Source of the DNA: Candidatus Eiseniibacteriota bacterium
Lineage (GTDB): Bacteria; Eisenbacteria; RBG-16-71-46
NCBI GenBank assembly: GCA_031370785.1
Contig: JANMQY010000015.1
Span: forward strand, 36,596-100,595
DNA: 64,000 bases
Reading direction: 5' to 3'
The notes beneath the pieces were generated by a model. That model made no database searches and was not told the origin of the DNA. It saw nothing but the letters and a program-made list of their open reading frames with translations. This document shows, piece by piece, positions 1 to 8,937 of this stretch. The translations under genes and the position numbers were made by a program. The stretch's first letter is position 1; every line of letters starts with the position of its first letter.

Positions 1-925
1 TCGCAAAGGTGAGCGCGCGGACGTGATCCGCGATGATTCGCGCGTCACGGGTCGCGGCCTTCGGATCGAGCGGCGCGCCGCTTGCGAGCTTGCGCACCTC
101 GCCCACGACGGGCGCGAACAGATCAGTCTCGAAGATCGTGCTCTTCCCTTGCACGATCAGCGCGAGTCGCTCGAGGCCCATTCCGGTGTCGATGCCAGGG
201 CGCGGCAGGGGCTTGAGTGAGCCGTCCTTCTGCGCGTCGAACTGCGGGAACACCAGATTCCAGAACTCCATGAAGCGATCGCCGGCGTCTCCCGGCTTCT
301 CACCCCAGAATGCATCCTTCGGCAGATAGTCGGGACGCTTCTCGCCGAGATCGAAGTAGATCTCGCTCGAGGGTCCGCACGCGCCGGTCGCTCCGGCCGG
401 ACCCCAGAAGTTGTCCTTTCGCCCGAGCGCGACGATGTGATCGGCGGCCACACCGATCTTCTTCCATAGCGTCGCGGCTTCGTCGTCACGCGGCAGCGCG
501 CCTTCGCCTTCGAAGATCGAGACGAACAGCCGGTCCTTGGGCATGCCCAGCACCTGGGTCGTGAACTCCCAGGCGAACCGGATCGCCTCTTCCTTGAAGT
601 AGGCGCCCTTCTCGCGTGGGCCGAACGAAAAGTTGCCCAGCATCTCGAAGAAGGTGTCGTGGCGCGGAGTCAAACCGACGTTCTCGAGGTCGGTCAGGCG
701 CAGACACTTCTGGATCGAGACCGCCCGGGTGTAAGGCACATCGCTCGCCGTGTAGTAGGGCTTGAACTGCACCATCCCGGCGGTGGTGAACAGGAGCGTC
801 GGGTCGTTGGGCACCAATGGAGATGAGGGCACCACGGTGTGCCCGTTCTTCTGGAAGAAATCGAGGAACGCGCGGCGCAGCTCGGCGGCAGTGGTGGGTC
901 TGGGCGAGGTCTGCGATGAAGTCAT
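1..925 (-). CDS. alaS: Alanine--tRNA ligase, 5' part (runs off the window edge)
   Basis: Manual translation from ATG at 925 gives MTSSQTSPRPTTAAELRRAFLDFFQKNGHTVVPSSPLVPNDPTLLFTTAGMVQFKPYY, the typical AlaRS N-terminus; lies downstream of recA-recX. Confidence 0.96.
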   Translation of the reverse strand, partial: MTSSQTSPRPTTAAELRRAFLDFFQKNGHTVVPSSPLVPNDPTLLFTTAGMVQFKPYYTASDVPYTRAVSIQKCLRLTDLENVGLTPRHDTFFEMLGNFSFGPREKGAYFKEEAIRFAWEFTTQVLGMPKDRLFVSIFEGEGALPRDDEAATLWKKIGVAADHIVALGRKDNFWGPAGATGACGPSSEIYFDLGEKRPDYLPKDAFWGEKPGDAGDRFMEFWNLVFPQFDAQKDGSLKPLPRPGIDTGMGLERLALIVQGKSTIFETDLFAPVVGEVRKLASGAPLDPKAATRDARIIADHVRALTFA

Positions 926-985
926 AGGGCCCGGAACATAGCCGATCGGGCCGCGCGGGTGAATCGGGGGCGGACGGAGGCCCCT

Positions 986-1495
986 TCAGCTCTCTTGCGG
1001 CTCTTTCAGCTCCAGCGCCTGGCGGATGACGTCGGAGTCGAAGCCCTTCCGCGCGAGCATGGCATAGAGGCGCTGCCGGCGCGTGCGCGGATCGAGCCCC
1101 GCGTAGCGACGCGCGGCCTGGCTGATGACGCGGCGCGCGGTCTCGACTTCGTTGGAGGGGCCGACGCTCTGTTCGAGGATGGCGCGGGCGCGGGAGATGT
1201 CTTCGCGGCTCACGCCCTTCTGGCTCAGCTCCATCTCCAGCCGGCGCCAGCCTGCAGCCCTGCGCCCCCACCGCCCGGCCAACCATGCGCGGGCGTACTC
1301 GACGTCATCGACGAGACCGACCGCGGCGAGCCGGTCGAGAATTCCTTCGACGGTTGCCGCTTCGAAGCCCCGGTCATGCAGGCGCCGCGAAAGCTCACGA
1401 CGCGTGCGCTGCGCGTGGTCAAGAAGCTCGAGTGCGGCTTCACGCGCGGCTTCCGGATCAGCGCTCTCTGCTACGTCGATGGATGTCCGGCGCAT
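986..1495 (-). CDS. recX: Regulatory protein RecX
   Basis: ALELLDHAQRTRRELSRRL, GLVDDVEYARAW and LARKGFDSD motifs; directly downstream of recA; start taken at MRRTS. Confidence 0.9.
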   Translation of the reverse strand: MRRTSIDVAESADPEAAREAALELLDHAQRTRRELSRRLHDRGFEAATVEGILDRLAAVGLVDDVEYARAWLAGRWGRRAAGWRRLEMELSQKGVSREDISRARAILEQSVGPSNEVETARRVISQAARRYAGLDPRTRRQRLYAMLARKGFDSDVIRQALELKEPQES

Positions 1496-1568
1496 GGCGA
1501 TTCCTTCAACCCCTCCTGGCGAGACCCGCCACGACGCCACCGGCGCCGAGGCGGTTGCACGCCGTGCC

Positions 1569-2783
1569 TTAGCGCTTCCTGTCCCCCGCCATCATCGCGG
1601 GCTGCGGGCGCGCATTAATGGACGGAGGCGCGGACTTCACGGGATCGCTCGCCGTCGGGGCGGCGGTACCGTTCGCGGGGATCGCGGGGGTCGCGGGAGT
1701 CACGGGAGTCGCGGGAGTCGTGGGAGCGGCGCTCGCCGCGGGCGCGTTCGCCATCGGCGCGAACGCCGCGGCCTTGAGGCCGAGCAGGGGCAGCAGCTTG
1801 GCTTCGACCTGCATGCGGATGTCGGGGTGCTCCTTCAGGAACATGCGCGCGTTTTCGCGGCCCTGACCGATGCGCTCCTCGCCGAACGAGAACCAGGTGC
1901 CGCTCTTCTGGATCACGCCGCGGTCGGCGGCGAAGTCGAGGATCTCGCCTTCAAGTGAGATGCCCTCGTTGTAGAGGATGTCGAACTCGGCGTCGCGGAA
2001 TGGCGCGGCAACCTTGTTCTTGACCACCTTCACCTTGGTGCGGTTGCCGACCGCCTGCTCGCCTTCCTTGAGGGTCGCGATGCGGCGGATGTCGAGGCGC
2101 ACCGACGCGTAGAACTTGAGCGCGCGTCCACCGGCGGTGGTCTCGGGGTTGCCGAACATCACGCCGATCTGCATGCGGATCTGGTTGATGAAAATGACCG
2201 TGGTCTTGCTCTTGCTGATCGAGCCGGTGAGCTTGCGCAGCGCCTGCGACATGAGCCGCGCCTGCAGGCCCACGTGCGAATCGCCCATCTCGCCTTCGAT
2301 CTCTGCGCGCGGCACCAGCGCCGCGACCGAGTCGATCACCACGACGTCCACCGCGCCCGAGCGCACCAGGTGGTCGGTGATCTCGAGCGCCTCTTCGCCG
2401 GTGTCGGGCTGGGCGACGTGCAGGTTCGCGATGTCCACGCCCAGCTTCTGCGCGTAGGCGGCATCGAGCGCGTGCTCGGCGTCGATCATGACCGCATTGC
2501 CGCCGGCGCGCTGCGCGTTGGCGATGATGGTCAGCGCGAGGGTGGTCTTGCCCGAGGATTCGGGGCCGTAGATCTCGACGATGCGCCCGCGCGGCACGCC
2601 GCCGACGCCGAGCGCCATATCGAGGCCGATCGAGCCGGTCGGAATGATCTCGATCCCGACTTTGCTGGACTCCTCGCCCAGCTTCATGATGGCGCCCTTG
2701 CCGAACTGCTTTTCGATCTGCTGCAGGGCGAGGTCGAGGGCCTTGAGCTTCTCTTTGGCGGAGGGCGGCGGGTTGACGTTCAT
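1569..2783 (-). CDS. recA: Recombinase RecA with an extended Pro/Ala/Thr-rich C-terminal tail
   Basis: [20 protein letters not shown] Walker A, IFINQIR and [16 protein letters not shown]; start at MNVNPP after a GGAG-like RBS. Confidence 0.99.
   Translation of the reverse strand: MNVNPPPSAKEKLKALDLALQQIEKQFGKGAIMKLGEESSKVGIEIIPTGSIGLDMALGVGGVPRGRIVEIYGPESSGKTTLALTIIANAQRAGGNAVMIDAEHALDAAYAQKLGVDIANLHVAQPDTGEEALEITDHLVRSGAVDVVVIDSVAALVPRAEIEGEMGDSHVGLQARLMSQALRKLTGSISKSKTTVIFINQIRMQIGVMFGNPETTAGGRALKFYASVRLDIRRIATLKEGEQAVGNRTKVKVVKNKVAAPFRDAEFDILYNEGISLEGEILDFAADRGVIQKSGTWFSFGEERIGQGRENARMFLKEHPDIRMQVEAKLLPLLGLKAAAFAPMANAPAASAAPTTPATPVTPATPAIPANGTAAPTASDPVKSAPPSINARPQPAMMAGDRKR
1675..1729. 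repeat. Degenerate 9-bp tandem repeat (about 6 units) in the recA tail
   Basis: gcggggatc gcgggggtc gcgggagtc acgggagtc gcgggagtc gtgggagcg, encoding TPA/TPV-type units on the minus strand. Confidence 0.8.
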
Positions 2784-2899
2784 GAACGGCGTCTCCTTAC
2801 GCAGGGGCGTCTGACTCCATTTGGGGCTTCGAGCGGAGGCTGCGTTCGGCCGCATGTTCGCAGGAGCCGCGGCAGCCCGCCACATCAATGACGGACCGG

Positions 2900-2928
2900 A
2901 TACTACACATTTGAGCAAGTGGGTCCAA
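2900..2928 (-). promoter_or_regulatory. Putative sigma70 promoter of recA with an overlapping palindromic operator candidate (2904-2917)
   Basis: Minus strand TTGGAC-N17-TAGTAT with TG just before the -10; TGCTC-AAAT-GTGTA spans the spacer and the -10 edge. Confidence 0.55.
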
Positions 2929-3103
2929 GGGAAAGTTTTCTTCGGTTTGAACAGGGCCCAAGCCGCAACCTCGCTGGAAATCAGCACTCCCTTGTTCTCG
3001 TCGAATTCTCACGATTTCGAGGCCGTTGCAGCCGTGACCCTGTTCATCAAGCTCCCTAGGTCTGTCGAAAGAGAAGCGCCAGACTCGAAAGGCACATATT
3101 CCT

Positions 3104-3729
3104 TCAGAGCGCGCGCACCGATCCGAAAATACGAGCACCCCCAGAGCCGAGCATTACGACAAGGGTCAACATCTCTGACGCGCCGCGTTCGATTGCACGA
3201 TTGAACCTACGAACCTCGTAGGCACACATGGCAACAGCGCAAGCGCACAAAGTTAGGGCAAACTGCTTTCGTATCGTGTTGTCAAGCAGGCCGCGCTCGA
3301 CAGGGTTCGGGTAGGTGTTGGGCAATTCCCAAACGTCTCCAAGCAGGCATTTGACCAAATCGATTCCGATCTGAAATGAGCCGAGGAATCTGTCATCACC
3401 TTCTTGATTGAGGACCGTTGCCACGAACTGGAAGGTCATGGCATTCCAGTCCCCAACCTCGGGCTCCGGAGGATGCTCAGACGCGGCGAGCATCCACAGA
3501 GACAGCCAGCAGATGTCGGGTAACGCCGACTGCTGGGAGGATTTCTCGAAATCGATCAATCGGAACAATTCCCGTGCGCTTCGCTCGTCCTGCTGACTAC
3601 TCGCGACAAGGATGTTGCGACAATTTAGGTCGCCGTGCTGAATGGATTTGAGAAATGGGTGCTTGGCATCCTCCGTATTGGCGAATTTCATCGCAGAGGT
3701 ACCAAACAGGGTTGCAGTACACCTCGGCC
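3104..3729 (-). pseudogene. C-terminal remnant of a phosphotransferase/kinase-fold protein, cut by an IS insertion
   Basis: HGDLNCRNILV...LIDFE (APH/kinase catalytic and Mg-binding motifs); visibly lower GC; coding sequence abuts the IS left end at 3730. Confidence 0.7.
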
Positions 3730-3779
3730 TAAACCGCGCCGGGATTCCCGGAGGCTCCATTCCTTGAGAGGATGGGGTC

Positions 3780-4100
3780 ATGGCCCGACCCAGCAGGTTT
3801 TCCCCGGAAGTGCGGGACCGTGCGGTGCGAATGGTCCTGGAACACGCGAACGAGCACGCCTCGCAGTGGGCGGCGATCACGTCGATCGCCGAGAAGATCG
3901 GCTGCTCGTCGGAGACGTTGCGGAACTGGCTTCGCCAGGCTGAGCGAGACCAGGGCAAGCGCCCCGGCCTGACGAGCGACGAACGAGCCCGCCTGAAGGA
4001 TCTCGAGCGAGAGAACCGCGAGCTGAAGCGGGCGAACGAGATCCTGCGGTTGGCTTCGGCGCATTTCGCGAAGGCGGATCTCGACCGCCGAGCAAAGTGA
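3780..4100 (+). CDS. IS3-family transposase OrfA
   Basis: [14 protein letters not shown]...[14 protein letters not shown] and [16 protein letters not shown] leucine zipper. Confidence 0.93.
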   Translation: MARPSRFSPEVRDRAVRMVLEHANEHASQWAAITSIAEKIGCSSETLRNWLRQAERDQGKRPGLTSDERARLKDLERENRELKRANEILRLASAHFAKADLDRRAK

Positions 4101-4452
4101 TGGTGGACTTCATCAACGACCACCGCGAGAAGTTCGGGGTCGAGCCGATCTGCAAGGTGCTGCCGATCGCCCCGTCGACGTACCACGAGTTCAAGACCCG
4201 GGAGCGACAGCCCGAGCGCCGGCCGGCGCGTGCGCGGCGCGACGAGGCCCAGTGCGAGCACATCCGACGGGTGTGGCACGAGAACAAGGAAGTCTACGGT
4301 CCGCGCAAGGTGTGGAAGCAGATGAAGCGCGAGGGCCATGTGGTCGCACGCTGCACGGTGGCGCGGCTGATGCGCCGCCTGGGCCTGCAGGGCACGGTGC
4401 GGGGCGGGAAGTTCAAGGTGACGACGATCCCGGACGCGGCGGCGATGCGCCG
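4097..4452 (+). pseudogene. IS3-family transposase OrfB, truncated before the integrase core
   Basis: FGVEPICKVLPIAPSTY and VYGPRKVWKQM...RCTVARLMRRLGL; resemblance ends after TTIPDAAAMR; no WVADFTYV/DDE region. Confidence 0.88.
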
Positions 4453-4706
4453 ATGGGCGGGGTCGAAAGACCTCACCCATCGCGCGTTTTCGGGGCTCGC
4501 GCCCCAGGGCTCTGCGCCCGCGACCCGCTTCGGGGGTCCTTTCGGACCACCGAAGTTTCCCCCATCGGACCGTGGGCGCGGCATGCCCGAGAGGGCGATA
4601 TTCATCCCGGTTAGATCCCGTGGACTTTTCGGACGGGAACGTTCGGCACGTCGAAGCCGGGCCTCTCCGCATGGCGGACGGCCGGCAACGCGAAAGGAGT
4701 CGAGTC

Positions 4707-5885
4707 ATGTTGCGCTGGATCCGATCCGCGCTGTTCCTCGCCCCGCTGCTCGCGCTCGCCGGGTTTCTCCCGCGCACCGGCGAGACGCTTCCCCTGTTCG
4801 GGCGCAAGTACAACATGCAGTGCACCTCCTGCCACCTCGCCGCTCCGCGCCTCAACGCGTTTGGCATGCATTTCAAGCAGAACGGCTACCGCATGCCCGG
4901 CACCCAGGGCGACTCCCCGTGGGACAGCACCGCCAAGGAGTTTCCGCTCGCGCTTGTGGGCAACGTCGCCTACCACCTCAACTCCACCAACACTGATATG
5001 GGCAGTGGCAGCCACGAGCGCACCAACTTCAGCGCGTTCGAGCAGGAGCAGGTGGAATTCCACTCGGCCGGAACCCTGGCGAAGCAGATCACCTTTCACT
5101 TCGACAACGACTTTGCGGGGCCGGGGGGGCCGCTGCAGAGCGGCATGGCGTTCGTGCAGTTCGACGACGTGCTGAAGGACGGGGCCCTGAACGTGAAGGC
5201 GGGTATCTTCGACGCGGACACCCCGTACCTGGCGGACTCCCGCAAGACCGCGCTGACCGAGTACCTGAGCCCGGTGACACTCGACGGAGCAGGCTTCGAG
5301 CTGAACGGCGCGCGCCCGAACTGGATGTACGCCGTGGGCCTCGTCAACAGCTCGCGCAGCCCCGACAGCGCGCTCGCCCACAAGCCCGATTCGAAGACCT
5401 TCAACCAGCTCGAGAACACCTACGTCTGGGTGACTCGCGAAATCGGTGGACACATGATTACCGCGCGCGTCTATCTCGACCATCAGGACCCGCGCAAAGC
5501 GAACGTGACCTCCTCTCAGCACACGCGGGCCGAGCTCAACGCCTACGTCGATCGCGGGCGCCTCATCCTCATCCCGGGCTACACCTACGAGACGTTCCAG
5601 GACCAGCCGGACGGCACCGCCGATCGGCAGCATACCGGGCTGCTCGAGGCGATGTGCCTGCTCGACAAGGATTCGCACTGGGTCCTCACCGCTCGCTACG
5701 AGCACCAGTACGTGCCCAAGGTCAACGGCGCGTCGGGCGTGCTGGACCGCAGCCTTGGGGTGATGAACGTCGCCTACTACATCAATCCAAACGCCCGCTT
5801 AGGAATCGATTGGGCGCACGGCTCTGACAACGTCCACGGCCCGGTAACCGACGACCTGCGGGCGTTCGTCTGGGTGGGGTACTAG
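4707..5885 (+). CDS. Cyc2-like monoheme cytochrome c fused to an outer-membrane beta-barrel
   Basis: AAGGAG RBS and signal peptide, then PLFGRKYNMQCTSCHLAAPRLNAFGMHFKQNGY; amphipathic beta-strands; C-terminal aromatic residue (FVWVGY). Confidence 0.78.
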   Translation: MLRWIRSALFLAPLLALAGFLPRTGETLPLFGRKYNMQCTSCHLAAPRLNAFGMHFKQNGYRMPGTQGDSPWDSTAKEFPLALVGNVAYHLNSTNTDMGSGSHERTNFSAFEQEQVEFHSAGTLAKQITFHFDNDFAGPGGPLQSGMAFVQFDDVLKDGALNVKAGIFDADTPYLADSRKTALTEYLSPVTLDGAGFELNGARPNWMYAVGLVNSSRSPDSALAHKPDSKTFNQLENTYVWVTREIGGHMITARVYLDHQDPRKANVTSSQHTRAELNAYVDRGRLILIPGYTYETFQDQPDGTADRQHTGLLEAMCLLDKDSHWVLTARYEHQYVPKVNGASGVLDRSLGVMNVAYYINPNARLGIDWAHGSDNVHGPVTDDLRAFVWVGY

Positions 5886-6385
5886 GCCGCGGCACGGGAG
5901 GCCCCGCTGCGCGCGCTCTGGCGCGCGGCGGGGTGCCCGCCGGATCGCCGATTTGCGTGACCTGATTACGGAGCGCTGCGCGCCAACATCCTCGGCTTTG
6001 GCCCCGTAGGTAAGGTTGCGTCAGGGCGCTTCGTGCCCATGGTCCCCGGTGGACGACGGTGGACGTGAGAGGACGGTGAGACCCTGGCCAGCGTTGCGAG
6101 GAAGAGCACCGGTCTCGAAAATTTATAACCAAGATACGCCGCTGCGGGTTCGATGACGTTGGCGTGCATGTCCCCCATGGAGTTGGAGCCGTGGGGGGCT
6201 TCGCATTTCTGGTGAACAACAGTGGCCAGCAGTGGCCAGCTGCGGTCACTGAGGTGTCACCAAATCGTCACCCGCGTCCAGGTCAGCACCTAGCTAGACC
6301 GCTCTCAATGGTCCAGCCACCTTCAGTGTCGAGACGACAGTCTCCGCTATCGTCTGGCATACGCAATGACGCTCACTCGTCACAC

Positions 6386-6973
6386 TCACTCCCGCAACGG
6401 CGCCTCGACGTGCACCCGATAGACCGAGCCGCGCGGCGACATCGTGCTCTCGATCAGCCGGATGCCCTGCACCTGGAAGCGGGCGCCCGGCACGTCCGCG
6501 AGCGATGGCGCCGCGGTGAGTCGCTCGCGCCAGTCGCGCCCCGGATTGCGCACGCGGCCGAGCGTGAGATGCGCCGAGAACGGCATGTCGGGCGCGCCGA
6601 ATCCCACCTTCTTCAGCTCGTGGTCGAGCGAGTGCGCCAGCGCCTCGAACGCATCCACGCCCTCGGCGAGCCCCACCCACAGCACGCGCGCAGGCGCGTT
6701 CTTCGGGAATGCGCCGAGCGGGCCGAGCGCCGCGGCGAAGCGGGAGTGCGCGGCGGCCGCGCGGATCGCAGCCTCGCCGGCACGGCGTGCTCCGTCCTCG
6801 CCGATCTCGCCGAGGAATCGCAGCGTGTAGTGCAGGTTCTCGGCCTTGACCCACGAGACGCCATCGCACCCTTTGCTCTCGCCGCCGTCGGCGGGCGCCC
6901 GCAGCCTCTCCCCCGCGGCGTGCGCCGCCGCTTGCGTCTCGGGCGGCGGGAACACGGCGAGGAAGGTGCGCAC
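6386..6973 (-). CDS. thpR: RNA 2',3'-cyclic phosphodiesterase (2H family)
   Basis: MRTFLAV start, two HxT motifs (LHYTLRF, AHLTLGR); lies downstream of cinA. Confidence 0.93.
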   Translation of the reverse strand: MRTFLAVFPPPETQAAAHAAGERLRAPADGGESKGCDGVSWVKAENLHYTLRFLGEIGEDGARRAGEAAIRAAAAHSRFAAALGPLGAFPKNAPARVLWVGLAEGVDAFEALAHSLDHELKKVGFGAPDMPFSAHLTLGRVRNPGRDWRERLTAAPSLADVPGARFQVQGIRLIESTMSPRGSVYRVHVEAPLRE

Positions 6974-6975
6974 GA

Positions 6976-8232
6976 TCAGTCGAGCACGGGCTCGAGCGGC
7001 AGTCCGGTCAGCGAGCGCCGCACCATGTCGAGCGCGGTCTGGGCGCTCCGCTCACGGACCACGCGCCGCACCCCGGCAAAGCGGAACTTGCGCACGGCAT
7101 CGCCGCCCGGGGTCGAGACTCCGATGAACACGGTGCCGACCGGCTTCTGCTCGCTGCCGCCGTCGGGCCCGGCGATGCCGGTGACGCTGACCCCGACCTC
7201 GACGCCGGCCATGCGCCGCGCGCCCGCGGCCATCTGCTCGGCGATCGGCGCGCTCACCGCGCCGTGCTTCTCGAGATCCTTCGCCTTCACGCCGAGCAGC
7301 GCGACCTTGGACTCGTTCGAGTAGGTGACGTAGCCGCGATCCATCCACTGCGAGGATCCGGGCACGTCGGTAAGCCGCTTGGCGACGAGGCCGCCGGTGC
7401 AGGATTCGGCCGTGACGATGCGATAGCGGCGCTCGGCGAGCGTGCGGCCCACGACCTGCTCCATGGTCTCGGCGCCCTCGGCGTAGATCACGCCCTCGAC
7501 CCGCGCGCGCAGCTCCTCGTAAGCGCGCGCCGCGACCTCGCGCACCTCGGCCGAATTGTAGCCCGCGACCGAGACACGCAGGTCCACGCCGAGCCAGCTC
7601 GGCAGATACGCGAGCGTGGCGCCTGGCCACTGAAGAGGCAGCTCACCGATGCGCTCCTGCAGCATGGTCTCGAAGATGCCGGCAGTGCGCAGCGTGAAGC
7701 ACTCGACCGCGCCGCCCGCGCGCTCGCGCAGGAACGGCACGACGTACTCCAGGGTCAGCGCCTCCATCTCGTGCGGCACGCCGGGCAGCAGGATCACGGG
7801 CTTGCCATCGTGCTCGATCAGGATGCCGGGCGCGGTGCCATTGCTGTTGGGCCACGCGCTCGCGCCGCGCGGCAGCAGCGCCTGGGCCTCGACGGATGCA
7901 GGCAGCGGCCGGCCGAGCCGGCGGATGCGCTCGCGGATCAGCGTGAGCACGCCTTCATCGACCTGGAGCGGCCGCCCGAGCGCGGTCGCTACCGCCTGGC
8001 GCGTGAGGTCATCGGGCGTCGGCCCGAGCCCTCCCGTCATCACCACCGCGCCGGCACGCTCGAGCGCGTTCTTCAGCCCCTCCCCGATGCGCTCGGCGGT
8101 GTCGCTGACCGTGGTGTGCCACCCCACCTGCACGCTCGCTTCTTCGAGCGCGCGGGCGAGAAAGGCGAAGTTGGTGTCGAGCGTGCGGCCCGACAGCACT
8201 TCGTTCCCGACGGTGATGATCTCGATCTGCAT
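6976..8232 (-). CDS. cinA: Competence/damage-inducible protein CinA (MoCF domain plus PncC domain)
   Basis: IITVGNEVLSG, GGLGPTPDDLT, LPGVPHEM, AESCTGG and TGIAGPDGG. Confidence 0.96.
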   Translation of the reverse strand: MQIEIITVGNEVLSGRTLDTNFAFLARALEEASVQVGWHTTVSDTAERIGEGLKNALERAGAVVMTGGLGPTPDDLTRQAVATALGRPLQVDEGVLTLIRERIRRLGRPLPASVEAQALLPRGASAWPNSNGTAPGILIEHDGKPVILLPGVPHEMEALTLEYVVPFLRERAGGAVECFTLRTAGIFETMLQERIGELPLQWPGATLAYLPSWLGVDLRVSVAGYNSAEVREVAARAYEELRARVEGVIYAEGAETMEQVVGRTLAERRYRIVTAESCTGGLVAKRLTDVPGSSQWMDRGYVTYSNESKVALLGVKAKDLEKHGAVSAPIAEQMAAGARRMAGVEVGVSVTGIAGPDGGSEQKPVGTVFIGVSTPGGDAVRKFRFAGVRRVVRERSAQTALDMVRRSLTGLPLEPVLD

Positions 8233-8367
8233 GGAAGCGCTTCCGGGCTCGGGAGGTCGGAACAGGGACCCGGCTGACTCTGCCGGAGTCGCTTCGGTTC
8301 GGCAACTGCCGTGGCTCCGGCAACTCCAACACTTGCGGCACGTGCGCGACTCCGCCAAAATTCGCGC

Positions 8368-8937
8368 ATGGCCGCGACCCCCGACCTCACGCAGACCCTG
8401 CTGCGCTCGCGGCGCGGGGAGCGTGAGGCTCTCGATGAGATGCTGGTCGCCCTCTACGCCGAGCTGCGAGGCCTCGCCGCAGGCTATCTGCGCCACGAAC
8501 GCGTCGGCCACACGCTCCAGCCCACCGCTCTCGCGCACGAGGCGTTCCTGAGGCTGGTCGATCAGCGCGCGGTGAGCTGGCAGGACCGCGCGCACTTCCT
8601 CGCGCTCGCCGCGCAGGCGAGGCGCCGCATCCTCGCCGACCAGGCGAGGCGCCGGCATGCGCTCAAGCGCGGCGGTGATGCGGTGCGCGTGGCGCTCGAG
8701 GACGTCGAGCTGCTCGCGCCGGGCGGGGACGTCGAGATCGATGCGCTCGACTCGGCGCTCGAGAAGCTCGCCGCGCTGGATGCTCGCCAGGCGCAGATCG
8801 TCGAGCTGCGCTTCTTCGGCGGCCTGACGCTCGAAGAGACCGCCGAGGTGGTCCAGGTCTCTCTCGCGACCGTGAAGCGCGACTGGCTGATGGCGCGCGC
8901 GTGGCTCCACCGCGAGCTCGCCGAGCAGGCTCCGTGA
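8368..8937 (+). CDS. ECF sigma factor of the kinase-associated type (TIGR02999/ECF43-like)
   Basis: HTLQPTALAHEAFLRL, VELRFFGGLTLEETA and TVKRDWLMARAWL; GTGA overlap with the downstream kinase gene. Confidence 0.92.
   Translation: MAATPDLTQTLLRSRRGEREALDEMLVALYAELRGLAAGYLRHERVGHTLQPTALAHEAFLRLVDQRAVSWQDRAHFLALAAQARRRILADQARRRHALKRGGDAVRVALEDVELLAPGGDVEIDALDSALEKLAALDARQAQIVELRFFGGLTLEETAEVVQVSLATVKRDWLMARAWLHRELAEQAP

Larger units (their letters stand above)
3730..4452 (+). mobile_element. Truncated IS3-family element (IS51 group, IS629/IS6110-like)
   Basis: Left end TAAACCGCGCCGGGATTCCCGGAGGCTC resembles TGAACCGCCCCGG-type inverted repeats; orfA overlaps orfB; no right inverted repeat and no DDE core. 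Confidence 0.9.

Noticed and set aside
2844..2859. GTTC-N8-GTTC as an Alphaproteobacteria/Acidobacteria-type LexA box
   Set aside because: Spacing is 8 rather than the canonical 7, and the site lies downstream of the predicted promoter
3104..4876. 590-aa minus-strand ORF as a single gene
   Set aside because: Chimeric read-through of the antisense Cyc2-like 5' end, the antisense IS3 and the real kinase-fold fragment; only 3104-3729 looks coding
6110..6145. AT-rich patch as a dif (XerCD) site
   Set aside because: Does not match the TTATGTTAAAT XerD arm or the 11-6-11 layout
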